From assembly GCF_001194135.2 (NCBI RefSeq), contig NC_068985.1, positions 28,377,325 through 28,441,324 of the forward strand: DNA of 64,000 nucleotides. The letters are read 5' to 3'. The translations under genes and the position numbers were made by a program. Source of the stretch: Octopus bimaculoides (Eukaryota). Each line of letters begins with the position of its first letter. The stretch's first letter is position 1. This document shows, one piece after another, positions 51,352 through 64,000 of the stretch. The notes under the pieces are model-generated. The model was not told the origin of the DNA. It did no database searches and saw nothing but the letters and a program-made list of their open reading frames with translations.

Positions 51352-52136
51352 AGAGAGAGAAAGAGAGAGAGAGTGAGAGAGAGCGGTGGAGACTTATACA
51401 TGTATACATACTTGCTTACGTACATAAGTATACACCGAATGTCATTATCTTATTTCAAAATGCATTATCATTTAATGTTTGTACATAATTTCAAACAACG
51501 ATGTATGAAATATGTACAATGCATAACAAAAATAGCCATCGATCTTCCGGTTTCAACCTTAATTGGTCATTTCCAAGGTGAAAAAGTTTCTTTATTAGGT
51601 TTCTTAAAACGCTTCTCTTCTTTTTTTTACATAATTCCAAAAGCAATATAATACAAAATCAAGCATCTATACGTTATTCTTATAATAATAATAATGCAAA
51701 TTATTTTTCAAATTTTGCATAGATATTGAAAGATGTTTTACTTTGAGAGTAGATAAATAAAAAAAAATTTAGTGCATTTTCGTGTTTTAGATTTAGTGCT
51801 TTTACTATGATATGTATACATTCTTTTATATTTTCCTATATTAATTTTATCGATCTTTGAAAGTGTCTACCATACACACACACGCACATATATACACACA
51901 TTCACATAAGCATACATGCGCGCATATTTATATGACACACGTGCTTTCCTCCGAACCATCTGCTGTTACTCCTTTTCTTCCTCTCAAAACTCTAAGAACG
52001 AAGAGCCATGCTCGAAACGTCATTTTCAGTCATTTTTCCAACAAAAAATTTCGCTGTGTAATATATGCACAGTCTACATCTTACTTGTGTCATTTTTTGT
52101 TGTTTTTTTCCTGTTTATTTCATTTTATTTATGATT

Positions 52137-52186
<50 letters not shown>

Positions 52187-52253
52187 NNNNNNNNNNNNNN
52201 NNNNNNNNNNNNNNNNNNNNNNNNNNNNNNNNNNNNNNNNNNNNNNNNNNNNN

Positions 52254-52288
<35 letters not shown>

Positions 52289-53065
52289 TATATGTTTCGA
52301 GACGCAAAAGTTTGTAAGTGTTGACCCACAAAACATATCACTTCGTGTGGTTTTCTGATTTTCCTATTTGTATTACCGTACATATGTGTGCATCTGCATC
52401 TGTTAGAGAGACAGAGAGAGAGAGAGTGAGAGAGATAGACAAGCAGAGACAGAGAGTGAAAGAGAGGGAGAGACACAGAGAAATGGCTGCAGAGAACATT
52501 GGCGTACATGAAATTGCATATGAATTTAGATGTGTGTGTGTGTATGCCTCTGTGTGTGTGTGTAGTGTGGTTGATCGTATGTGCTTGCGTGCGCGCATTT
52601 GACTTTGTGTTGTGCACAAAGTTTAAAGTCTTTCATTACTCTCATTGTTGCATTTCTCATTAAATTTATTTCTATTCTGCTACATTTTATTTAACTTTTC
52701 ATGGACAGTAACAGTGCTCACCGGACTGAGTTAAAATGGAATGTTTATGAGCCCCAAAGGACTCGACTGATCCTTGAGAAACGGGATCTCTGCCGTGGCT
52801 ATTTCCCCCTTATGCCATATAAATTTGCATTCATCTGCCGTATCTATTTCCTAACTTCTGCCATATCGAATTACTCTGTATTCTTCAGTCATATCTGATT
52901 TCTCTCTTCTAATAGAGCTATTTCTCATAACCAGCCATATTAGTATTCACATGCAATGATGTATTCGTAATGATTTTGGCTTTACATGATGTATAGGTAG
53001 ACAAGCAATCGAGAGAAGGCTCTACACGGTCGCTCAACTTGCTAGAAATACTAGTCTTGTCTAGT

Positions 53066-53290
53066 AGGCGGCGAGCTGACAGAAGCGTTAGCACGCCGGG
53101 CGAAATGCTTAGCGGTATTTCGTCTGCCGTTACGTTCTGAGTTCAAATTCCGCCGAGGTCGACTTTGCCTTTCATCCTTTCGCGGTCAATAAATTAAGTG
53201 CCAGTTACGCACTGGGGTCGATGTAATCGACTTAATCCCTTTGCCTGTCCTAGTTTGTCCCCCTTGTGGGCAGTAAGGAAATAAGAAATG
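53066..53290 (+). mobile_element. SINE family B, full length, with TSD
   Basis: CTAGTCTTGTCT at 53051-53062 and 53291-53302. Confidence 0.9.
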
Positions 53291-53458
53291 CTAGTCTTGT
53301 CTCTCTTCAAACCATATCCTATCATCTTTAAACATAACGAAGAACACTTTCGGTAATAAAGTCTTATATATACTATGTAATATACATACATACATATGTG
53401 TGTGCATGTATGTGTGTGTGTGTGTTTGTACATACACACACATATGTATATATGTGTG

Positions 53459-53590
53459 TAAAGACTCCCTTCGGCCATGAATGTTCATGGGATTGCACCT
53501 AGAAAGTTCCCATACGTGGCACACGTCCAGGTCAGGTTGTTTATGGAAGACCATCATTTGCCCATGCATATGAGACACCCATCTCCATGT
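53459..53590 (-). mobile_element. SINE family C 3' fragment
   Basis: CCTTCGGCCATG..CATGGGATTGCACCTAGAAAGTT..GTTGTTTATGGAAGACCA. Confidence 0.75.
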
Positions 53591-53599
53591 CTTTGTCTC

Positions 53600-54460
53600 A
53601 CCCTTCTTCTGTCTCTCTTTCATTTCCTCAGTGTGGTCTACAATGTTTTCCTCCTCTGCTTGTGCTTTCTCTTGCTGTGGCTGTGAACTCATATAGGGGG
53701 CATTTGGTCTTCATATGACCTCTTTGCCCGCATATGTAGCAATTTGGTTTCCTTCCCTCGACTACGACATTTAACGTTCTCTCATCCTTCACTTCTATCT
53801 GGTAGGGAATTCTTTCTATGTCCTGGAATGTGGCAAAAGCCACATTTCGAGTCCAAAACACCACCATTTGCGCACTTATGTTTCCGCCACTGGTCCCAAA
53901 TCCGGATCCTCCTTGGTTGCAGCCAGCACTGTTGCAACCAACCACTCCGGTTTAGTTTCTGGTGGCACTCTCGGAATACGTATTCTCACACTTCTTCTTC
54001 CTCTATAACTAGGTAGTAGTGTTATTTTTAGTGTTTTTAAAATCTTGGTGGCATACTTGGTTGCCTCTTCTATAGTGGCGAACCTCAACTCTACGTACCG
54101 AACTTTCTTCCTCTGCTGATGTACGTGGCTTTATTTACAATTTCACCCAGGCACTCCATGATTTCCTCTTCCGTCACCATTTCAATTTTACAGGTTTCGA
54201 CAGCCTGTGTACGATACACAACTGTCCTCAGAATTTTGTCTTCCTTGGCTTCTTTTTTTTTGGGGGGGGGGACAATTTGTATGAGTCTCCCTCTACTTCT
54301 ATCGAATTCCTGCTTCTGCTCACCTCTTCCATATCCAGCTTGATCAACTTGGTTTCTAGCGGCACTGGCTTCTTCGCCGCAGTGGTCCTGGCGTAGCTCT
54401 CCATACTGGAGACACTACCACTCGTCACAGCTGGGGAAAAAAAGCAGCGGCTCGCGTGAA
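53600..54460 (-). pseudogene. LINE ORF1 (gag-like CCHC zinc knuckle), L1/Tx1-like, frameshifted
   Basis: CYICGQRGHMKTKC (CX2CX4HX4C) at 53700-53741, preceded by VVVEGRKP; upstream RFATIEEA..RVPPETKPEWLV. Confidence 0.75.
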
Positions 54461-54885
54461 ACGTAACAACAATAATTTCACAAAAATCACAATTATTTAC
54501 AGAGACAACTTACAGTAATTCACACAGTTTTCATGGAGTAACACAGCAGTATTCACAATAATTCACAATAATTCACGGAGACGTTATATCGCTAAGCATT
54601 TCGCCCGGCGTGCTAACGATCCTGCGAGTTCGCCGCCCTGAGACGGAGCTATTTCTGAATTTGCTCTTACTGGGGTATATTCATGCCAGCAATGTATGAA
54701 ATACACACAAGGAGTAGTATATAAAAGTCTACTTTACTCTTCATCCTTTCGGGCTTGATGAAATAAAATACCAGTTCATTACTAAAGTTGAGGTGATTCA
54801 CAAACCACTTCTTCTCAAAAATAGGTGGCTTTGTGCCTATGCTACAAAGGATTATTTATTTACAACTGTATGTTTTTCTATGTTC

Positions 54886-54997
54886 ATGTGACGTAGAATT
54901 CCATGTGACGTAGAATTCCATGTGGCGTAGAATTCAAGTGACGTAGGAATCCTCTGGTATTCCATGTGACGTAGAATTGCTGTGGTACGTAGAAATT
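54886..54997. repeat. 17-bp minisatellite (CATGTGACGTAGAATTC)
   Basis: Three near-exact units plus three degenerate ones. Confidence 0.85.
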
Positions 54998-55215
54998 TGT
55001 TCCAGCATGTTTTCCCTTAAAGAAGCAGCTAATTGGCAGAGTCGCTAAAGTTTCGGGTAGCAGAATGCCTGGCCGTATTTCCTCCGGCTCGCTATAATGT
55101 GAATTCTAATTTACAGGTCGTCGCTTTCATATATAATGTAAGGATTTATAAAGTGTCAGCCATGAACTGGCCACCGATTCTTCTCTCTCTCTCTCTCTCT
55201 CTCTCTCCCTCCATT

Positions 55216-55338
<123 letters not shown>

Positions 55339-56112
55339 AAGCGGTTACTTTTCAATGCGTGACGGCTTTGTGGTACCATACAAAGTGTCACTTCCTGCAA
55401 AAAGGGACTTGGTTGAGTGAGGAGCAAGCGAGATCTTCTCGCAGAAGATTTGTTATGTTACTGGAACCATTGTAGGTACGACAGGGAACAGACACAACAA
55501 AGAAGTAAGATGTACACAATGAGATATCAAATAGCAATGTATGTAATATTCTCAATAAGCCACTCTACCGGAGATTATATGATCTATACAAGAAACCATT
55601 ATGCAGTAATATATGTATTTTACTATATATCTCTTAGAAACACCCAACACTTTAAATTAGATATCTATGTGTATTCTTCAGCTTCACACGAATATTTCGT
55701 GATTATGAAATGAATTAAAATATTATTGTATTACTAAGTTAATATCTTTATTGAATATATAACTATTTGCTGAAAAGTTACCAATGTCAGAATGTACGCT
55801 TCCTTTTCCCCTGTCATTTCATTGTCTCTTGTGTTATACTTATTTATTAACAAGCCAAAGAAACATTTTGCCAAATTTGTTATAAAATTAATTGTTTATT
55901 ATTCATTCTTGCATTTTAATAATTGTCTTCTCTTTTTTTTTTTTGTTTTCCTTCTTTCTTCTTTCCTTCGTTTTCTCTTTGTTTCTTTGTTGCTTTCTTT
56001 GTTTCTGTCTTCCCATTCATAATTCCCATAATTACGCTTAGAAGAGAATTTTAAATGTGCCAATCTTCAGAAAACGTGACCGGAAGATGAGAAGCCCTGC
56101 CACTTGATCTAC

Positions 56113-56183
<71 letters not shown>
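56113..56183. repeat. (AAT)n microsatellite
   Basis: Direct reading. Confidence 0.95.
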
Positions 56184-56184
<1 letters not shown>

Positions 56185-56713
56185 TAAAATACAAAATAAA
56201 TAAAAATAAAATATACTAAAAAATATTAAAAATCATTATCAAAAATATTTTAAGCTTAGAAATTCTATTTTCAGTCTAGAAATAGTATATTTTCGTGTAA
56301 TTTATTTAGAATTACACTATTTTTGAGCATTATGCCAACGATCACACTTCGTAAAATCACCTGATATAACATGAAGCAAGCGTTCACAGTGAACTAATCA
56401 AGATATGTTAAGCTTAAAGAAGACAGACTCCCTAAATCAACTTAGCCCAGTATAGCCTCCAACCACAAAGTTAGTTTTCTTTTACTATATAGATAAAGAT
56501 CAAATTTACATCAAACTGCGAACGTGCATCGACACTAGATTACAATGTTCAGTTCAGAGTAATAAGACTGTGAGTTCAATTCCTGGGCCACGCAGTCCTT
56601 ACTGTTAGCCGACAACTAATTACAAATCAAGAAATTCTTACATTTAACATAGTTTTCAAAACTATATTCAAAAGGTAAACACTGAAAATTCCGTGAGGGT
56701 TTGCTAACTTATT

Positions 56714-56793
56714 CATATCATATCATATCATATCATATCATATCATATCATATCATATCATATCATATCATATCATATCATATCATATCATAT
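56714..56793. repeat. (CATAT)n pentanucleotide microsatellite
   Basis: About 16 perfect units. Confidence 0.95.
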
Positions 56794-56819
56794 CATATCA
56801 TATCATATCATATATTAAA

Positions 56820-57032
56820 TTAAGGCTGCGAGCTGGCAGCAACGTTAGCACGCCAGGCGGAATGCTTAGCGGTATTTCGTCTCTACAGTCTGAGTTCAAA
56901 TTCGGCCGAAGTCGACTTTGCTTTTCATCCTTTTGGGGTCGATGAATTAAGTACAAGTTGTTTACTGGAGTCGATCTAATCGACTGGCCCCTTCCCAGAA
57001 ATTTTGGGCATTGTGCCTAGAGTAGAAAAGAA
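56820..57032 (+). mobile_element. SINE family B (tail type 2)
   Basis: AAGGCTGCGAGCTGGCAG..GTGCCTAGAGTAGAAAAGAAT. Confidence 0.85.
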
Positions 57033-57137
57033 TATTTATATTATTTGCTTATTCTGTCGTTCATTTCTCACTTAAGTCACAATTTTATTTAGTGGCTTAG
57101 TCACAGAAGGAAGCGTAGTAACCATAATTATTTTCAG

Positions 57138-57179
57138 GACATCCGCGCTTGGTGGACAAAAATTATCCTCAGACCGGAT
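57138..57179 (+). CDS. Candidate 42-bp internal exon of an unidentified host gene
   Basis: ATTATTTTCAG| acceptor and GAT|GTATGT donor; no stop in any frame; CpG-rich relative to flanks; no homology recognised. Confidence 0.3.
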
Positions 57180-57874
57180 GTATGTAATTGGGTGGAACGC
57201 GCTAATGAGACTAAGACACCAGGTGATGATGTGGTGATGATAAACCAGGTAAAAAATTCAATCCGACTCTCAAAAACAGGTACCATCACTGGACTTGTAC
57301 ACAATTTATGTTTACCAAATTTTCCTCTTTCAATCGAGTTAACAACTTAACGTTCAATGGAAAAATTCATGAATATTTCTTTGACGTTTCATGTTTAAGT
57401 CCTTCTTCAGACATCAGGTAGTTCTAGATCAAAGAATGAAATTTGGAAAAATTTTTTTACTAAAATGAATACTGCATTTGTATTGAAAATGGAGGAGTTT
57501 TGATGAAATAAGATTTTATTAGTGCGAGAAAAGAAGAGCTGATGACAGGGTGCAAATATTGGATGTAAGCGTACATTTTATCAGTAGTTTCACTCGATAT
57601 GTTGTGAGTTCGGTATACGACAAAGATGATATATGGTTATACAGTCAGGTATGTCTGTGCGTCGGTATGTATGCATACAGAACACAAGCTTCAAGATTGT
57701 TAATTAGCTGTATTCATGTAAGAGACGAGGGAATAGGGAACCACAATGCAGGGTCTTCCCGAATACGGGTGAAATGCCAGGTATCTTGATTTGCGAGAAG
57801 GAATGATATGCAAGGTTTAGACAATGGGAAGCTGGATGTTCTCCTCCTCGTAAATCCCTAAATAAATAAATAAG

Positions 57875-57919
<45 letters not shown>

Positions 57920-58107
57920 NNNNNNNNNNNNNNNNNNNNNNNNNNNNNNNNNNNNNNNNNNNNNNNNNNNNNNNNNNNNNNNNNNNNNNNNNNNNNNNNN
58001 NNNNNNNNNNNNNNNNNNNNNNNNNNNNNNNNNNNNNNNNNNNNNNNNNNNNNNNNNNNNNNNNNNNNNNNNNNNNNNNNAAATGCAAAGGCCTTATGAA
58101 TCATCTG

Positions 58108-58147
<40 letters not shown>

Positions 58148-58196
58148 GTGTACATATGTTTATGCATGCGTAAATATATATATGTATATATGTATG

Positions 58197-58228
<32 letters not shown>

Positions 58229-58402
58229 GATATTTATACACACACACACATACACATGCACACACGCGCGCGCACCACACACACATGCACATACACTGAC
58301 ATGCACATACACACACTGGTGAGTTTAGAACTCCCAAAAGTGCAAAACGTGCATTGGGAACAAATAGTAGAAACTGCATTGTTTTTCATACCTTTTCCCA
58401 CA

Positions 58403-58441
<39 letters not shown>

Positions 58442-58569
58442 GCAAACACACACGCACATACACACATGCACATATGCACACACTGATACGCACACATGCA
58501 CAAACACTTGCACTCACGTGCTTACACACAGACATGTGTACTCGTATAATAATTTGAGTGTGAATGCGT

Positions 58570-58620
<51 letters not shown>

Positions 58621-59265
58621 TGTGTGTCTGTATTTATGTATACAGAGAGAAAGAGAGATCGAGAGACAGACACAGAGGGACAGAGAAGAGCGTGTGGACC
58701 TTTTTTGTACTTTTTTTTTTCATTACCGTAAATATGCAATATGCGTTTAGATATTTGTGTGGTGATATGTCTACCTGCGAGCGCACGTAAGATGTACGAA
58801 TTCGTGTGTGTGTGCGTGTGTGTGTGTGTGTGCATTCGTGTGTATTCCCTGGGCGTGTACTTATAGACCGAGAAAATTTATGATATTTTTTTCCCCTTCT
58901 TCCTGACACAGATTAAATTTCTCTATATTATGATGCATGTTCTATATAACTACCTGTTCAATTCCGCACCATTAACTTATTTCTAGTGATAACGATATGG
59001 ATGGGTTCCACCCCCACCACCACCTCCACAACCAGCATTACCATCACTACCAAAAGGGAACATGCACTAACGTACCACATGTGCATGGTACCATATATTT
59101 ATGTGGGATGGGCAGAACAAATGCTAATGAGAGGGAGGTTTGAATAACTGCGTTCTCGCTATTCGTTATCATCTTGTGTCTTGATTGATACAAGCTCGTC
59201 GTCGCCATAGTCGACATTGTCAACTTCGTGAGTTTTATCAAGAACCGTTATTATCATCGTCGTCG

Positions 59266-59326
<61 letters not shown>

Positions 59327-59345
59327 TGTCATCATTATCGTTTTC

Positions 59346-60047
59346 AAGGCGGCGAGCTGGCAGANNNNNNNNNNNNNNNNNNNNNNNNNNNNNNNNNNNN
59401 NNNNNNNNNNNNNNNNNNNNNNNNNNNNNNNNNNNNNNNNNNNNNNNNNNNNNNNNNNNNNNNNNNNNNNNNNNNNNNNNNNNNNNNNNNNNNNNNNNNN
59501 NNNNNNNNNNNNNNNNNNNNNNNNNNNNNNNNNNNNNNNNNNNNNNNNNNNNNNNNNNNNNNNNNNNNNNNNNNNNNNNNNNNNNNNNNNNNNNNNNNNN
59601 NNNNNNNNNNNNNNNNNNNNNNNNNNNNNNNNNNNNNNNNNNNNNNNNNNNNNNNNNNNNNNNNNNNNNNNNNNNNNNNNNNNNNNNNNNNNNNNNNNNN
59701 NNNNNNNNNNNNNNNNNNNNNNNNNNNNNNNNNNNNNNNNNNNNNNNNNNNNTCGACTTAATCCGTTTGTCTATCCTTGTTTGTCCCCTCTGTGTGTAGC
59801 CCCTTGTGGGCAATAAAGAAATAAGAAATGTTGGCAAGCCGGGCGAAATGCTTAGCGGTATTTCGTCTGCCGCTAGGTTCTGAGTTCAAATTCCGCCGAG
59901 GTCGACTTTGCCTTTCATCCTTTCGATGTCGATAAATAAAGTACCAGTTATGCACTGGGGTCGATATAATCGACTTAATCCGTTTGTCTATCCTTGTTTG
60001 TCCCCTCTGTGTGTAGCCCCTTGTGGGCAATAAAGAAATAAGAAATA
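59346..60047 (+). mobile_element. Tandem SINE family B pair (first partly in gap)
   Basis: Identical 3' tails at 59752-59828 and 59970-60047; second copy starts mid-head after AAGAAA. Confidence 0.85.
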
Positions 60048-60237
60048 AGTTGTCATCATTATCCTCATCATCATCATCGTCATCATCGTCTTCATCGTCA
60101 TCAACATCATCAGCATCATCATCATCATCATCATCATCCTCATTATCATCATCATCACCATCGTCATCATCGTCGTCATCAAAGTTCCTGATTAAGTTGA
60201 CGGTAATGCAGAAACGACAATGTTCCATAAGACAAAC

Positions 60238-60565
60238 TAGGCATGGCTGTGCAGTGAATAAGGTACCTTTGCAACTACGTGGCTTCGGGTTCAGTTCCGC
60301 TGCGCAGCACTTTGGGCAAGTGTCCTCTCTAACTTTGGCCGACTAATACCTTGCTGGTGAGTGTATTTGGCTGACAGAGACTGCACCGTATGATATCCGG
60401 TGTTGGTTTCCGCCCCCATAGTGGTTTGGAAAAAGAAGCCGATAGAATGTTAAAATTAAATTATTAATGGCGGGGTCTACTTTTTCGATTAAACCTTCTA
60501 AAGCGGAGCCCCAGCATGACCGCAGTCAAATGGCTGAGACAAGTGATAGATAAACGATAAAAGAT
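60238..60565 (+). mobile_element. SINE family A, old diverged copy
   Basis: GGGTTCAGTTCCGCTGCG..TTTGGGCAAGTGTC..CCCAGCATGACCGCAGTCAAATGGCTGA. Confidence 0.65.
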
Positions 60566-60827
60566 GAATAATATAGGCGGTCTGCACGATATGATATGAT
60601 ATANNNNNNNNNNAAAGATACATCGATTAGAATTGACTTGAGGTTAGGCAAAAACGATGCTTCAAACTCCATAACTGTGATCGATGACTGGCCTCACGAA
60701 GGATGAAAGACAAAGTCGCTCTCAAAGCAACTTGAACTGAACTCAGAGGGCAAACAGTCGGTACATATACGGGAGAATGTACGCATATATCTATCTATCT
60801 ATATACATGTACATACATATATACACA

Positions 60828-60863
<36 letters not shown>

Positions 60864-61001
60864 AGCACACACACACACATATATATTTATACATACATAG
60901 GTACATGAATATAAATATATATATGCATGTGTGTGTATGTGTATTTCTGTATATATGGGTATGTGCATCTTTGTATATATATATTTGTACATGTATGAAT
61001 G

Positions 61002-61069
<68 letters not shown>

Positions 61070-61839
61070 NNNNNNNNNNNNNNNNNNNNNNNNNNNNNNN
61101 NNNNNNNNNNNNNNNNNNNNNNNNNNNNNNNNNNNNNNNNNNNNNNNNNNNNNNNNNNNNNNNNNNNNNNNNNNNNNNNNNNNNNNNNNNNNNNNNNNNN
61201 NNNNNNNNNNNNNNNNNNNNNNNNNNNNNNNNNNNNNNNNNNNNNNNNNNNNNNNNNNNNNNNNNNNNNNNNNNNNNNNNNNNNNNNNNNNNNNNNNNNN
61301 NNNNNNNNNNNNNNNNNNNNNNNNNNNNNNNNNNNNNNNNNNNNNNNNNNNNNNNNNNNNNNNNNNNNNNNNNNNNNNNNNNNNNNNNNNNNNNNNNNNN
61401 NNNNNNNNNNNNNNNNNNNNNNNNNNNNNNNNNNNNNNNNNNNNNNNNNNNNNNNNNNNNNNNNNNNNNNNNNNNNNNNNNNNNNNNNNNNNNNNNNNNN
61501 NNNNNNNNNNNNNNNNNNNNNNNNNNNNNNNNNNNNNNNNNNNNNNNNNNNNNNNNNNNNNNNNNNNNNNNNNNNNNNNNNNNNNNNNNNNNNNNNNNNN
61601 NNNNNNNNNNNNNNNNNNNNNNNNNNNNNNNNNNNNNNNNNNNNNNNNNNNNNNNNNNNNNNNNNNNNNNNNNNNNNNNNNNNNNNNNNNNNNNNNNNNN
61701 NNNNNNNNNNNNNNNNNNNNNNNNNNNNNNNNNNNNNNNNNNNNNNNNNNNNNNNNNNNNNNNNNNNNNNNNNNNNNNNNNNNNNNNTATATATATATGT
61801 ATGTATGTATGTATGTATATACATGTAAATATGTATGTA

Positions 61840-61870
<31 letters not shown>

Positions 61871-62444
61871 TTCTCACAACGTTACCGTTCTAAATGACAC
61901 GCAATGATTTCTCCAGTTCTCTATCAGATTTTTTTCTAAATTCTATAAACTTTGCTAAAATTTTATCCTTCTCAATCCCCCTATTTATCTATGTACCTCA
62001 TTCATGTCTTTCTCACTCGCCATATTTACTCATGTCTTTCTCTGTCTCTGTCTCTTTCTCTCTCTTTCAGACCCATAAGGAATCTCATACAAGAGATAGT
62101 TTGATTTAACTTCTACTCACTAATATATCCCTTTAAGCACATTTATTGCTAGTACCAAGATGGGCAGTATCACCACATCTACCGTTACCATATTCAGTAA
62201 TATCACTACCATCGCCATAACGAACGTATCTCATAGTCGTTCGATATCTGAAAAATGACGAACAATTTCCTTTCAAATTACATCCTACTGACTTACGAAA
62301 ATGATACATTGGATAAATCAATCTATACAGCTTTTAAAACTGGATGGTCGCGGATGAAATGTCTTTTGAGTACAGATTTTCCCCCTTCAAGTTTAAAACA
62401 TGGGCTAAACGGCAACAGCATATCTTTCATTGCTTGCATAATCA

Positions 62445-62720
62445 CGTGACCACAACGTAACCGACCAGTGTTGTTAAACATCGCTGGTCACAATGCGCTT
62501 TTGCATTGTTTTAGCCTTCAAATGATACCACCTCGCTGGCTTAGGGAGCAGGCCTAGAATCCTCACCACCACCACCACCACCGATCGAAGAGGGACTGGA
62601 GCAATGAGAAATAAAGTGATTTACTGAAAAAAAACAACGCGCCACTCAGCCGGGGAATCGAACCCACGGTCTAGCGATCGTGAGTGAAACAGCCTAACGA
62701 CTAAGCCACGCGCCTTCACA
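62445..62720 (-). mobile_element. tRNA-derived SINE with family C-like head and different tail
   Basis: Minus strand GTGAAGGCGCGTGGCTTAGTCGTTAG..GGGTTCGATTCCCCGG; shares CTGGAGCAA.G.GAAATAAAGTG with 3365-3388. Confidence 0.75.
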
Positions 62721-63790
62721 CTAGCGTAACCATCATACTTCACACCAGCATAGCCATCGTACTTTAAGTGATGAGGTCATCTCAGCTGCCATGAGTACCC
62801 TTTGTCTCAAGGTTACAACAAGCAAGCAACAGTACCAGATCAACCATGGCCACCACCGTTAACGCCAACAAATACTTACCTCTTTCATATCTAGCATAAC
62901 CACTACCACCACTAGCAACATTCTCTGCTCTACCTGCACGATCACCACCACTACCACCGCCGCCACCACCATAGATGCCACCGCTGCCGCCGTCAGCAGC
63001 ATCAACTACTGCACAACACTAGCATCTCCACCATCACTAATCAAGCAATCATCTTTTCCCCTCAGCACCACCACCACCACCACCACTACTACCGCTGTAG
63101 TCGCCATTAACTGCTAGTACATCAAAACAACATTACCTCCAATACATATACCAATCATGCACTCAACCTCTTCCCTATCACTAGCGCCAGTCCTCGCACT
63201 TCCACCACCACCACCACCACCACCACCACCGCAATAAAGCAACGTCTACAGCTGTCACTGTAATTGCTTTTAATCTCTTATCCTTCACCTCATTCATTTT
63301 CGTTTCGTTTCCCTTCTCCATTATATTTACATTTGTAAATACTGTATGACCTTTCGAAAATTCGAAAATTTATTGATTGATTTTTTTTTTCAAAAAGAAA
63401 AGTGACTATTGCATGTATCGTATCCAAGTAATTGTTAAACTACCAGAATCAAAGGAGCAGAAAACCAAACTTACTGTATCTTAGTTGAAAGAAACGGGTA
63501 TCAGGAATATTTAATGGAATTTCATTCATGAAAATGTTTGGTTCGATGGTGATGTTTATACGTGTGGAGTTGTAAATGCTACGATATATTTCAGTCAATA
63601 AAGCAAAAAACTTAAAATTATATTTATAACAACAACAACAACAACAACAACAGCAAGTGCAACAAATAAACAATTAAAAAGTAATCTTTAGTCATACGCA
63701 CAACAAAATCTATAAATATGTTTCCCCTCTCACCGTTTTATTAATTTTATTTTATTTTATTTCATTCTAATTTATTTTATTTATTAACAG

Positions 63791-63863
63791 TAAACGAAAG
63801 CTAAGTGGAGACCCGCTGGGAGAGTGCGTCAGAGTTAGAACGTCTTCAACAAAGGAAATACTA
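63791..63863 (+). CDS. Candidate 73-bp exon of an unidentified host gene (KRKLSGDPLGECVRVRTSSTKEIL)
   Basis: Long T-rich tract ending TTAACAG| and CTA|GTGAGT donor; exactly one open frame; unique GC-richer sequence. Confidence 0.4.
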
Positions 63864-63929
63864 GTGAGTCAATACCTCTCCCCACTTCTCTCAGTCTTCT
63901 CTCTCTTGCTCTCTATTACTCTCTCTCTC

Positions 63930-63965
<36 letters not shown>

Positions 63966-64000
63966 CTGTCTGTGTCACCTTTTCTGTATATCCTTAAGCC

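Noticed and set aside
62850-63240. ACC/CAC-rich stretch suggesting a Thr/Pro-rich mucin-like exon (also 5030-5640, 6060-6250)
   Set aside because: Degenerate trinucleotide low-complexity DNA with stops and no splice signals

Overview
AT-rich, microsatellite-saturated animal genomic DNA from a gapped draft assembly with many N runs. It is almost certainly cephalopod, probably Octopus; this is inferred from the recurrent tRNA-derived SINE families. No complete protein-coding gene is visible, and nearly all ORFs in the track come from microsatellites or N runs. The window is a mosaic of decayed mobile elements: four recurrent SINE families (labelled A-D here); R4/Dong-like RLE LINE fragments, several next to (TAA)n; L1/Tx1-like ORF2 and ORF1 pieces; an RTE fragment; mariner, Tc1 and pogo-type MITE remnants; a Helitron PIF1-helicase fragment; a Gypsy LTR + tRNA-Trp PBS + gag facing a second gag; and a Penelope-like GIY-YIG remnant. 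The most interesting signal is a set of hammerhead-ribozyme (HHR)-like motifs. One is a type I minimal HHR with a palindromic stem III inside a structured ~300-nt element next to a Gypsy gag (45130-45447). Another is a back-to-back palindromic pair of decayed HHRs (51042-51140). A third is a Penelope-associated HHR-core family present three times (~18.2, 39.5 and 40.2 kb). Two small phase-compatible candidate exons (57138-57179, 63791-63863) suggest part of the window may be intronic in a + strand gene. All calls come from manual reading; no database searches were run.
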